This document shows, in pieces, positions 37,174-46,087 of a stretch of 64,000 bases of DNA (position 1 is its first letter; each line of letters starts with the position of its first letter). The translations under genes were made by a program, and so were the position numbers. Below the pieces are notes generated by a model that was not told the origin of the DNA, ran no database searches, and worked only from the letters and a program-made list of their open reading frames with translations. This stretch comes from Myxococcota bacterium (GTDB lineage Bacteria > Myxococcota_A > UBA796 > UBA2385), in NCBI GenBank assembly GCA_044344255.1, contig JBIJDH010000006.1:235524-299523 (forward strand). Reading direction: 5' to 3'.

Positions 37174-39102
37174 ATGGGCTTCCTCGACTGGTTTCGACCG
37201 CGCTGGCGCAACAGCGATCCCGACATCCGCCGCGCCGCCGTCGCCGCCCTCGGGGAGGCCGATCAGAAGGCCCTCGCGCGCGTCGCGCGGGAGGACAGCC
37301 TCGGGGACGTGCGGGCCCTGGCCCTGGAGCGCCTCGATGACGTCGAGCTCCTCCAGGAGCGGCTGCAGGTCGATGAGAGCGAGGTGGCGCAGCGGGCGGC
37401 CCGCACCCGGCTCGAGTCCTTCGGCCTGCTGCCGCCCTCCGCGAAGGGCGGCCCTGCGAAGAAGCCGGCGCCCACCTCCCCGACCTCGGCCAAGGCGGCC
37501 TCGCCGAAGGTCGAACCCCGGTCGGTGCGGTCGGCGGGGGATCCCAAGGTCAAGAAGGCCGAGCGGCCGGTGAACAAGAAGGCCGAGCGGCCGGTGAAGG
37601 CCGAGCGGCCGGCGGAGGCCGAGCGGTCGGCGAAGTCGGCGAAGTCGGCGAAGTCAGCGAAGTCAGCGAAGAACGCGGTGAAGACCGCGCCCCCCGCGGT
37701 GAAGCGTGCGGAGGTGCTCTCGGCCGCGGAGGCGGATCGCCGCTACGGCGCGTTGATGGCGGAGCACGCCCGCGCCGCCGAGGCCCCCCTCGTGCCCGTC
37801 GTGGCGCCGCGGATCATCCCTGCGGACGCCCCACCGGGCCTCCTCTCGCTGGCGGCCGCGCTGGCGCCGGCCGTGGCTCCGCGGTCCACCGAGGAGCCGC
37901 CTCCGGAAGCGGAGCCCGCGCAGGTCGCGCCGCAGACCCTCGCCCGCGGGCCCGCGAGCCGCCCGGAAGACCTCCCCGGCGGCGTGCTGCCGACGCCGCC
38001 CACCTGGGACTGGGGAGAGGCCCTGGAGCCGGCCCCGGAGGCGCCGGAGCTCAGCCCGCGCGAGCGCCTCGCCGCGGCCCGCAAGGAGCGGTCGGACATC
38101 GAGCGGGCCACCCGCGACTGGGCGGTCCTCCCTCGCTTCGAGGCCCTGCTCAGCCGCATCGACGGGCTGCTCGCCGAGCCCGAGCTGCACCCCGAGCGCC
38201 TGCGCGACGCCAAGCGCGGCCTGATCGAGCAGTGGCGCGGCCTGGGCCCCCTTCCGGTCGCCGAGGCCCCCCGCCTCGAGGCCGCCCTCCAGGCCCGCCT
38301 TGACGCCGTCGCGGCGCGGCTGCGGATGATCGCCGTGGCCCGCGACGAGGCGCTCCAGGGCAACGTCACGGCGCGGCGGGCGCTGATCGAGGCCCTCCGG
38401 GCCCTGACGCCGGAGGGCGCCCGCGATGGCCTGCCGCCCCTCCTCGACGCCTGGCGCTCGGCGGGCTCCGTGCCGAAGGCCGACATGGAGCCCCTCCAGC
38501 AGGCATGGCGCGCCGCGCTGGACGCCCTCCACGGCCAGCGACAGGCCGGCCGGCAAGCGATCCAGGAGCAACGTGCGGCCGAGCTCGAGCGCCTCCGCCG
38601 CCTGACCGAGCAGGCGGAGTCCTTGACCCGCGCTCAAGACGTCGAGGCGGCCGTGAACGGCGCCAAGACCCTGCAGGCGATGTGGAGAGAGGTGCGGGGA
38701 GCTGGCCCGCAGGAGGCCAAGGACGCCCTGTGGGCTCGCTTCCGCGCCGCCTGTGACACCATCTTCGCCCGGAGGAGCGAGCGCCGAGAGGCGAACCGCC
38801 AGCAGGTCCTCACGCGGAAGCAGGCGGTGGTCGACAAGGCGCGCGCCCTCGCCGAGGAGGGGGTGGTCGACGCCGACACCGTGATCCACGGGCTGATGAC
38901 CGAGTGGCGAAAGCTCGGCCCCCTCTCTGGAGACCAGGGGGACGCCCTCTGGAATGACCTCCGCGCGGCCTGCGATCGGCTGCGGCGGCCGCTCTACGAG
39001 GAGGCCCCCACCGAGGAGCTGTCGCTCGTCTTCCAGCCCTTCGCCACCCTCGAGGCGCCGCTCCAGCTCGGCCCCGCGGGCAAGCGGGACGAAGCCCCTT
39101 GA
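37174..39102 (+). CDS. DUF349-domain helical protein
   Basis: PRWRNSDPDIR N-terminus; repeated LQ..W...G.......LW.RFRAACD.F units. Confidence 0.75.
   Translation: MGFLDWFRPRWRNSDPDIRRAAVAALGEADQKALARVAREDSLGDVRALALERLDDVELLQERLQVDESEVAQRAARTRLESFGLLPPSAKGGPAKKPAPTSPTSAKAASPKVEPRSVRSAGDPKVKKAERPVNKKAERPVKAERPAEAERSAKSAKSAKSAKSAKNAVKTAPPAVKRAEVLSAAEADRRYGALMAEHARAAEAPLVPVVAPRIIPADAPPGLLSLAAALAPAVAPRSTEEPPPEAEPAQVAPQTLARGPASRPEDLPGGVLPTPPTWDWGEALEPAPEAPELSPRERLAAARKERSDIERATRDWAVLPRFEALLSRIDGLLAEPELHPERLRDAKRGLIEQWRGLGPLPVAEAPRLEAALQARLDAVAARLRMIAVARDEALQGNVTARRALIEALRALTPEGARDGLPPLLDAWRSAGSVPKADMEPLQQAWRAALDALHGQRQAGRQAIQEQRAAELERLRRLTEQAESLTRAQDVEAAVNGAKTLQAMWREVRGAGPQEAKDALWARFRAACDTIFARRSERREANRQQVLTRKQAVVDKARALAEEGVVDADTVIHGLMTEWRKLGPLSGDQGDALWNDLRAACDRLRRPLYEEAPTEELSLVFQPFATLEAPLQLGPAGKRDEAP
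37627..37671. repeat. 9-bp coding tandem repeat encoding (SAK)5
   Basis: TCGGCGAAG/TCAGCGAAG x5. Confidence 0.8.
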
Positions 39103-39575
39103 TCATCTTCGGCTTTCGCCACTTTGGGAAGGTCGATGAGATCGAGGGCCTGGGCCATGTGCGCACCCGCTTCTTCCACATCTGGTTCATCCCCCTCATC
39201 CCCTTTGGGAGCGTCTTCGTGCTCGGAGAGGAGGGCGGCCAGCTCCAAGGGATGGGCATCCCGATGTCGGGCAAGAGCGTGCTCGCCGCGTACGTGCGCT
39301 GCGGGCTCTTCTTCGCCCTGCTCGGCCTCGTGGCGCTCACCGTCTTTGGCGGCCTGGGGCTCGTGTCGGCTGTGCCGGCCCTGATGCACAAGGCGGGTAA
39401 CAAGCAGCTCACCGCCCTCCTCCTCAGCGTGGCCTCGGGGGGCGGTGGCTGCCTCGGCGCCTGCGCCTCGGTGGTGGCCTGGTGGGGCTTCAACAAGCTC
39501 GTCGGCCGCGCCTCGCTGGAGCGGCGAGCCACGTTGTTGCGCCTCACGGGTCTGCGCGGCGCCTCACCGGGCTGA
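39099..39575 (+). CDS. hypothetical membrane protein
   Basis: MIIFG...TRFFHIWFIPLIP N-terminus and two TM segments; overlaps the upstream stop. Confidence 0.7.
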   Translation: MIIFGFRHFGKVDEIEGLGHVRTRFFHIWFIPLIPFGSVFVLGEEGGQLQGMGIPMSGKSVLAAYVRCGLFFALLGLVALTVFGGLGLVSAVPALMHKAGNKQLTALLLSVASGGGGCLGACASVVAWWGFNKLVGRASLERRATLLRLTGLRGASPG

Positions 39576-39614
39576 CAGCGGCCCGGCGGCGGCGTCGTTG
39601 CCGACTGGACCGGA

Positions 39615-40379
39615 CTACTGGATCTGGCGGAAGTTGGGCTTCCGCTTCTCGAAGAAGGAGATGAAGGCCTCCATCGCCTCCGGAGAGCTGAGGCGCTCGA
39701 AGAACTCGGCGCCCTCGGCGCGCATGGCAGCCTCCAGGGCGGCCCGCTGGGGGGCCTTGATCAGGCGCTTGGTGGCGATGAGGCTGCCGAGCGGCTGGTC
39801 GGCGAGGCGGTTGGCCGCCGCGGCGAGCGTGGCCGGGAGCTCGGCGGGGGAGACTACGGCGTTGATGAGGCCGAGCTCGAGCGCCTTCGCGGCCCCGAAG
39901 TCGCCGCCGAGCAGCAGGAGCTCGCTCGCCCGCACGTGGCCGCAAATGAGGGGCAGGAGGAAGGAGGAGCCCGCCTCGGGCACGAGGCCGAGGTTGACGA
40001 AGGGCAGGCGCATGCGGGCCGTGTCGGCGGCGTAGACGAGGTCACAGTGGAGCAGCATCGTGACGCCGATGCCCACCGCGGGGCCCTCGACTGCGGCCAG
40101 CAGAGGCTTCTCGAAGCGCACGAGGCGGTCGAGGAAGTCGATCACCGGGCCGCCCTCGGGGGTGGGTGGGTTGGCCTGGAAGTCCGCGAGGTCATTGCCG
40201 CTCGTGAAGACCCCGCCGGCGCCCGTGATCGTGACCACTCGCACGGCGGGATCGGCCGTGGCCTGATCGAGGCCGGCGACGAGGGCGCGGTACATCGCGA
40301 GGTCGAGCGCGTTCTTCCGCTGGGGGCGGTCGATGACGAGGGAGAGGATGCCGTCTTCGAGGGAGCTGCGGATCGACAT
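39615..40379 (-). CDS. enoyl-CoA hydratase/isomerase family protein
   Basis: RPQRKNAL, FTSGNDL, AVGIGVT.LLHCD, LGLVPEAGSS, FFEKRKP. Confidence 0.92.
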   Translation of the reverse strand: MSIRSSLEDGILSLVIDRPQRKNALDLAMYRALVAGLDQATADPAVRVVTITGAGGVFTSGNDLADFQANPPTPEGGPVIDFLDRLVRFEKPLLAAVEGPAVGIGVTMLLHCDLVYAADTARMRLPFVNLGLVPEAGSSFLLPLICGHVRASELLLLGGDFGAAKALELGLINAVVSPAELPATLAAAANRLADQPLGSLIATKRLIKAPQRAALEAAMRAEGAEFFERLSSPEAMEAFISFFEKRKPNFRQIQ

Positions 40380-40476
40380 GAGGGCCCGGGGGAGGGAGGG
40401 GCCGAATGCCTAGCCGGAGGGCGGTGGACCGTCCAGGCGGCCGACGCGCTGCCCGAGCCTGGGCGGGCCGCGAGGG

Positions 40477-40671
40477 TCACTCGCCGAGCTGCAGCCGGAC
40501 GGGCGAGACCCGCTCCGTGGGGGCCTCCGCCATCTGCTCATCGGACTCCGCCCGCGGCGCGCGGATCATGCGCTCGGCTGCCAATACGAGCTCCCCTGGG
40601 CGGGCGGCGGGGCGCGCCTCTTCACGGGTTCGGGGAGAGAAGAGGCGAAGGTTGGTGGGGTGGCGGGACAT
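40477..40671 (-). CDS. small hypothetical protein
   Basis: GGAG RBS before ATG; fills the gap between co-oriented genes. Confidence 0.35.
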   Translation of the reverse strand: MSRHPTNLRLFSPRTREEARPAARPGELVLAAERMIRAPRAESDEQMAEAPTERVSPVRLQLGE

Positions 40672-40844
40672 GGGGGTCTCCAAAGGGGACCGGACGGTGA
40701 GTCGCCGGTCCACCCTCCTGTAGACCCTCGGCGTCGCGGGAGGAAATTTCTCCGCCTTTCGGTTGGCCGCCAGATGGCTGGCCCCAAACGCCGAGCGGCG
40801 GCGGAGGGCGCTCGCCCCCGCCGCCGCTCCTCTGCCGTTCGGGT

Positions 40845-43451
40845 CTACTTCAGGCCGTCAATGCGCCGACGGAGGGCCTTGTGCTCCTCCTTCATCCCCG
40901 CCGCGTCGGCGGCGCGCAGCGCCGTCTCGAGGTGGGAGCGGGCGCCGGACTTGTTGCCCCGCGCCTCGTCGTAGCCGGCCAGCACCTGGGCGCCGACGAA
41001 GACCTTCTGCCAGTCCTTGGCGGCGTTCGCGGGGCCCATCATGGTCTTGAAGGCCTCTTCGGCCTGGGTCTTCTCGCCGATCTGGTCGAGGGCGCGGCCG
41101 AGGTTGAACAGCAGCTCCTTCTGGAAGGCGCCGTCGGTGGCGTCCGCACCCTGGCGGGCCTGACGGAAGAGGCTGACGGCCTCGGTGGCCCGCCCCATCG
41201 CCAGGTGGAAGAAGCCGAGGTTGTAGATGTCGACCGCGATCAAGCGCTCGAACTTCAGCTCCTTCGTGAGCTGGAGGGTGCGGTTGGCCGCGGTGATCGC
41301 CGCCTCGTAGTTCTTGAGGTTCGCGTGCGACTGCGCGAGCAGCGCCGAGGCCGACCGCTCACGGGCCGGGTTCTTTAGCTGCTGGGCGATGCGGGACACC
41401 TGCCCGAGCACGTCGGCGGCCTTGGCGGCGTCACCGCTGACGAGGAGCGTCTCGCCGAGGGCGAGGCCCGCCTCGAGCGCGAGGGGGCCGAGGTTCGACC
41501 GGCCGGCGATCTCGTTGGCCTGACGGAAGTGGTCGATCGCCGCCTTGACCTGCGATTTGTCGCGGCGCATGGCGAGGCCGCGTACGAACTCGGCGTGGGC
41601 CTGGACATCCGGCTGGGCGGCCAGCTCTTCGGCCTGCTTGACCTGATCGAGGGCGGCGTTGGGGTTGCCGTCCTGGAGCTCCACCATCGCGAGGTGGCTG
41701 CGGACATGGGCCTCCTGGACCTTGTTCCCGAGCCCGTGGTAGACGCGGATGGCGTCGTTGGCGCGGTCGCGGGCCCGGTAGACGTCCTGGCGGCGCAGAT
41801 CGAGGCGGCTGCCTGCGAAGAGCAGCCAGGCCTCCATGTTGCGGTCCTCCTTCGAGTTGGCCCAGGCGAGGGCCTCGGTGTTGAGGCCCTCCGCCTGGTT
41901 CACGTCGCCGGCCTGCACCATGCGGTCGAGCAGGTTCATGTAGATCGTGCGGCGCATGGCGTCGGGCCAGCTGACGTCGACGAAGTACTTGACGAGGTCG
42001 TGGGTCATGGCCCAGGTCTGCGGCTGATCATGGCCGAGCGCGCTGCTGCGGAGGAGCGCGGCGCGGTTGAGCGCGCCGTACTCGGCGAAGATGCGCATGG
42101 TCTTGACGAGGTAGGCGTAGCCGCGGGGGGCGAGGAAGCGCTCGAGGAAGAGGCCCACCCGCTGAGCGACGTTGCGGTCTTCGTCCGAGGTGTGGCGGGC
42201 GAGGACGCTCTCGCGGAGCAGCGCTCGGTTGAACTGGTAGATCCAGGTGTTGAGCGGCTGGGAGAACTGCAGCTCCTTGTAGACGCCCTCGGTGGCGTCG
42301 AGGAGGTCGTCGACGCTCTCGCGGTCGAAGCCGGCCATGTCGGCGAGCAGGCCGCTCGGGAAGGACAGGCCGAGGAGCGCGCCCAGGAAGGCCACCCGCT
42401 CGGCGTCTTCGGCGCCCACCTTGCGGCGCTTGGCCTCACCCTCGCCGACCTCGCCGGCCTCGCCGACCTCGTCTTCATCGGGGGTGACGTCGGCGAGGGT
42501 GCCGAGGCTCCGCTCGGAGAGGTCCGCGTCGAGCTCCTCTTCGGCCACGAGGTGGTCGACGAGCTCGGCGATGAAGCCCGGCCGGCCGCCGGCGATGCGG
42601 GCGATGTCGGCCGCCTTGTCGGTGGAGAGGCCCTTGCTCGAGAGGTAGCGGCCGGCTTCTTCTTCGGCCCAGGGCGTCATCTCGATGGCGGTGAGGTCGT
42701 CCTTGCGGCGATCGAGCATGTCGAGGAGGGGGGCGCTGAACCAGGCCTTGGCGGCGTCGGTGACGGGCTCGATGCCGAGGATGAGCAGCATCCGCGACCC
42801 GGACTGGGCCTTGAGCTCGTCGACGAGGCCCTCGACCATCGCGTGGATGATCAGGGACTGCACGTGGTGCAGGTTCTGCAGCTCACAGATGATGGGGAAC
42901 TTGCGCGAGATGGCGGTCGCGATCTCGACGATGCAGGCGAAGGGGTTGTCCTTCGGCAGGATCACCTGGAACTGGTCTTCCCCCGGCTTGGGGGCGCCCT
43001 TCTTCAGGCCCTCGATGAAGGCTTGGTACCAGAGCTGGACCCGCTTCGGCTGGTTGGGGATCTGGGCGTTGAGGGCCATCTCCACGCGGCCGCGAAGCAT
43101 GGGGCTGCGGTGGAGGGCCTGGAGGAGCCCGGCGTAGATGCGGAGGAGGGTCTGAAGGCCGTCCTCTTCGTCGTGCAGGGCGACACGCCAGAGGAGGGTG
43201 TCTTCGTCCTGAGCGAGCGCGCCGCGGCAGAGCTCGCCGACCAGGGCGCGCTTCCCGCTGCCGAGGGCCCCGCTGAGCAGGATCGAGCGGCCCGCGCCGC
43301 CGCGCGCGGCGGACCAGTGACCCTGGAGGACGGCGAGGTCAGCCTCGCGGGCGACGAAGAGCTTGGCCCCGGCGTTGTCGCCGGCTCCGGTGGGGGATGC
43401 AGCCTCGGGGGAGGACTGGTCGGGAGAGGAGGAATTGTTGGGATCGGCCAC
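40845..43451 (-). CDS. STAND-like P-loop domain + TPR protein
   Basis: FVAREADL...LLSGALGSGKR N-terminus, IAGGRPGFI (GxP), C-terminal TPR-like helices. Confidence 0.75.
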   Translation of the reverse strand: MADPNNSSSPDQSSPEAASPTGAGDNAGAKLFVAREADLAVLQGHWSAARGGAGRSILLSGALGSGKRALVGELCRGALAQDEDTLLWRVALHDEEDGLQTLLRIYAGLLQALHRSPMLRGRVEMALNAQIPNQPKRVQLWYQAFIEGLKKGAPKPGEDQFQVILPKDNPFACIVEIATAISRKFPIICELQNLHHVQSLIIHAMVEGLVDELKAQSGSRMLLILGIEPVTDAAKAWFSAPLLDMLDRRKDDLTAIEMTPWAEEEAGRYLSSKGLSTDKAADIARIAGGRPGFIAELVDHLVAEEELDADLSERSLGTLADVTPDEDEVGEAGEVGEGEAKRRKVGAEDAERVAFLGALLGLSFPSGLLADMAGFDRESVDDLLDATEGVYKELQFSQPLNTWIYQFNRALLRESVLARHTSDEDRNVAQRVGLFLERFLAPRGYAYLVKTMRIFAEYGALNRAALLRSSALGHDQPQTWAMTHDLVKYFVDVSWPDAMRRTIYMNLLDRMVQAGDVNQAEGLNTEALAWANSKEDRNMEAWLLFAGSRLDLRRQDVYRARDRANDAIRVYHGLGNKVQEAHVRSHLAMVELQDGNPNAALDQVKQAEELAAQPDVQAHAEFVRGLAMRRDKSQVKAAIDHFRQANEIAGRSNLGPLALEAGLALGETLLVSGDAAKAADVLGQVSRIAQQLKNPARERSASALLAQSHANLKNYEAAITAANRTLQLTKELKFERLIAVDIYNLGFFHLAMGRATEAVSLFRQARQGADATDGAFQKELLFNLGRALDQIGEKTQAEEAFKTMMGPANAAKDWQKVFVGAQVLAGYDEARGNKSGARSHLETALRAADAAGMKEEHKALRRRIDGLK

Positions 43452-43549
43452 AGGACGCTCCGTCGGTGCGGAAAAGGCCGGCGAATATAAAGAGGGGGTC
43501 GGGGGCCGTCCAGGTCCGGCGAGGCTATACTCGCCGCCCGGAGGTTCCC

Positions 43550-44071
43550 ATGGGGTCCGCTCTGACCCGCCGACGTACGAAATCTGCCCCCCTGTTCGCC
43601 GCCTCTCTCCTCCTCCCGGGGCTGTTCGCCGCGTGCGGCGGCTCTGAAGAGGAGTCTGCCCCCGACGTCGCCTACGAGGTCACCGTCACCGGCCTGGAGT
43701 CGGACTGCAGCGATCAGGGGTACCAAAAAGACTACACCTACCTGCTGTATTACGACGACGTCTCGACTACGCAGCTCGAGCTCAAGATCGAGGGTGAAGA
43801 CGGCAAGCCCGAGAGCTTCGCCAACGGCAACCGAAGCGGCTGCCGGCTCGACTATGAGAGCGCGGTGTACCTCGAAGACCGCTCCTCCGGCCTGCTCCGC
43901 TGGCAGCTCACGGGCAGCGCGGTCTACGAGGGCCAGGCCGGCGGCTGTGACCTCGATGACGGCGTGGACTGGCTCGGCGAAGAGACGATCACCGTCGTGG
44001 ACTCGGAGGACCCCGACGTCCCAGTCGGCTGCACCTACGCGATGGAGGTCCAGGGCTCCTTCCGAGGATGA
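43550..44071 (+). CDS. hypothetical lipoprotein
   Basis: LFAACGG lipobox; GGAGG RBS. Confidence 0.7.
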   Translation: MGSALTRRRTKSAPLFAASLLLPGLFAACGGSEEESAPDVAYEVTVTGLESDCSDQGYQKDYTYLLYYDDVSTTQLELKIEGEDGKPESFANGNRSGCRLDYESAVYLEDRSSGLLRWQLTGSAVYEGQAGGCDLDDGVDWLGEETITVVDSEDPDVPVGCTYAMEVQGSFRG

Positions 44072-44078
44072 CGCGATC

Positions 44079-45089
44079 ATGAGCGGGACGACGGCCTCGA
44101 CGATGGCCCCGACGACGAGCACGGGGACGACGGCATCGGGCGGCCCGCAGGCGCCGGAGCGCGTCTCGGTTGCAGGGTTGATCGCCCGCGCGCGGGCCAC
44201 GATCTCCTCCGTGGTGCGCGGCAAGGACTCCGTGGTGGAGCTCTGCCTCGTCGCGGTGGTCGCGGGGGGGCACATCCTCCTCGAAGACGTGCCCGGGGTC
44301 GGCAAGACCACCCTGGCCACGGCGATCGCCACCGCGCTCGGCGGCTCCTTCAACCGCATCCAGTTCACGAGCGATCTGCTGCCGGGAGACATCCTCGGCG
44401 TGAGCGTGCTCGAGAGCGACCGCAGCGGCTTCCGGTTCCGGCCGGGCCCCCTCTTCGCGAACGTCGTCCTGGCCGACGAGATCAACCGCGCCACCCCGAA
44501 GACGCAGTCGGCCCTGCTCGAGGCGATGAATGAGCGGCGGGTGACGGTGGACGGCTTCTCCCACCCCTTGCCCACGCCCTTCCTCGTGCTCGCGACGCAG
44601 AACCCGCACGACTTCCACGGCACCTTCCCGCTGCCGGACTCCCAGCTCGACCGCTTCCTCCTCCGCCTCTCGATGGGCTACCCCGACCGGGAGAGCGAGC
44701 GGGCGATCCTCCGCAGCGGGGGCCTGCGCTCGGCCCGCTTCGAGGCCGCGCTCAGCCCCGACGAGCTCGATCGAATCCACGCCGCCGCCGACGAGGTGCT
44801 CGTCCACGCGGAGGTGGAGGACTACCTCCTCGAGCTCGTCTCTCGCACCCGCGCGGACGCCCGGCTGATCCGCGGCGCCTCCACGCGGGGGGCCGAGGCG
44901 CTCTACCGTGCCACCCGCGCCCTCGCGCTCGTGCGCGGGCGCCCCTACGTGATCCCCGAGGACGTGCGGGAGCTCGCGGTCCCCGTCCTGGCCCACCGGG
45001 TGCTCCCGCGCGCCGAGGGGGATCGCTCGGGGGAGGGCGCCGCCCTGGCCCTCCAAGAGCTCTTGTGGGAGCTGCCCGCTCCGGGCTGA
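44079..45089 (+). CDS. MoxR family AAA+ ATPase
   Basis: LLEDVPGVGKT, RIQFTSDLLPGD, LADEINRA.PKTQSALLEAM, ATQNP, SQLDRF. Confidence 0.95.
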   Translation: MSGTTASTMAPTTSTGTTASGGPQAPERVSVAGLIARARATISSVVRGKDSVVELCLVAVVAGGHILLEDVPGVGKTTLATAIATALGGSFNRIQFTSDLLPGDILGVSVLESDRSGFRFRPGPLFANVVLADEINRATPKTQSALLEAMNERRVTVDGFSHPLPTPFLVLATQNPHDFHGTFPLPDSQLDRFLLRLSMGYPDRESERAILRSGGLRSARFEAALSPDELDRIHAAADEVLVHAEVEDYLLELVSRTRADARLIRGASTRGAEALYRATRALALVRGRPYVIPEDVRELAVPVLAHRVLPRAEGDRSGEGAALALQELLWELPAPG

Positions 45090-45137
45090 ACGGGGTCGAC
45101 GCATGAACGTGGTCGACGCATGAACGTGGTCGATGCT
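45087..45137. repeat. 17-bp tandem repeat x3 beginning at the MoxR stop codon
   Basis: TGAACG(G/T)GGTCGACGCA units at 45087, 45104 and 45121 (third degenerate). Confidence 0.8.
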
Positions 45138-45145
45138 GAGGTCGG

Positions 45146-46087
45146 ATGATCGACTCCCTCCGCCAGCTCCTGGCCCGAAGCGCCGCGCGGCGTGTCCACG
45201 CGCGGCCCACCCGCGAGGGGGTGTGGTTCCTGTTGCTGCTCGGTGGCGTGGTGATCGCCGCCGTAAACACTGGGAACAACCTGCTTTACATCATGCTTGG
45301 CAGCATGTGCTCGCTGCTCGTGCTCTCGAACCTGCTCGCGGAGTGGAACCTCCGGGGCCTCTCGTTGCAGCGGCGCCTGCCGGCCGAGGTCTACGCGGGC
45401 CAGCCGGCGAGCGGCGCCTTCCGGGTCGAGAACCGGCGCCGCTTCGGGGCGAGCGCCGCGCTCCGGGTCTCCGAGCAGCTCCCCGACGGCGTCGTCGCCC
45501 ACGGCCTCTGCCTCCGCGTGAGCCCGGGGGCGGTGGTGGAGGTGCCCGCCCGCTGGACCTTGCCGCGCCGGGGCCCGGTGCAGCTCGACGCCCTCCGCCT
45601 CGCCAGCGCCTGGCCCTTCGGGCTGATGGAGCGCTGGCGTGATCTAAGCGTGCCCGCTGAGCTCCTCGTCTATCCGGGCCCCCTCCACGGGCAGGCCGCG
45701 CGCCGGGCACCCGGGGCCGGGCCCACCCGGGTCGATCGCCGGCGTCGAGGCGGCGAGGGGGAGCTGGTGGGCCTGCGGCCCTATGTCCCCGGCGATCCGC
45801 TCCGGGACCTGCACTGGCCCACCTCGGCCCGCGCCGGCCAGCCGATGGTGGTGGTGCGGAGCGCGGTGGTCGCGGATGAAGTGGTGGTCGAGGTCGAAGA
45901 CGTGCAGGGGCCGCTCTGGGAGCACCAGCTCGGTCGCGCCACTGGCCAGCTCGTGGCCCACTTCCGGCGTGGGCAGTCGGTGGGCCTCCGCCTGCTGGGC
46001 CGCACCCACCCGCCGCGGCCGGGGGACGCCTGGCGGCGGCACCTCCTCGCGCTGCTCGCCCTCGCCCCCCGTCGGGAGCGGCCTTGA
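45146..46087 (+). CDS. DUF58 domain protein
   Basis: AAVNTGNNLLY, WPFGL, LRPYVPGDPLRDLHW..SAR; follows MoxR. Confidence 0.88.
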   Translation: MIDSLRQLLARSAARRVHARPTREGVWFLLLLGGVVIAAVNTGNNLLYIMLGSMCSLLVLSNLLAEWNLRGLSLQRRLPAEVYAGQPASGAFRVENRRRFGASAALRVSEQLPDGVVAHGLCLRVSPGAVVEVPARWTLPRRGPVQLDALRLASAWPFGLMERWRDLSVPAELLVYPGPLHGQAARRAPGAGPTRVDRRRRGGEGELVGLRPYVPGDPLRDLHWPTSARAGQPMVVVRSAVVADEVVVEVEDVQGPLWEHQLGRATGQLVAHFRRGQSVGLRLLGRTHPPRPGDAWRRHLLALLALAPRRERP

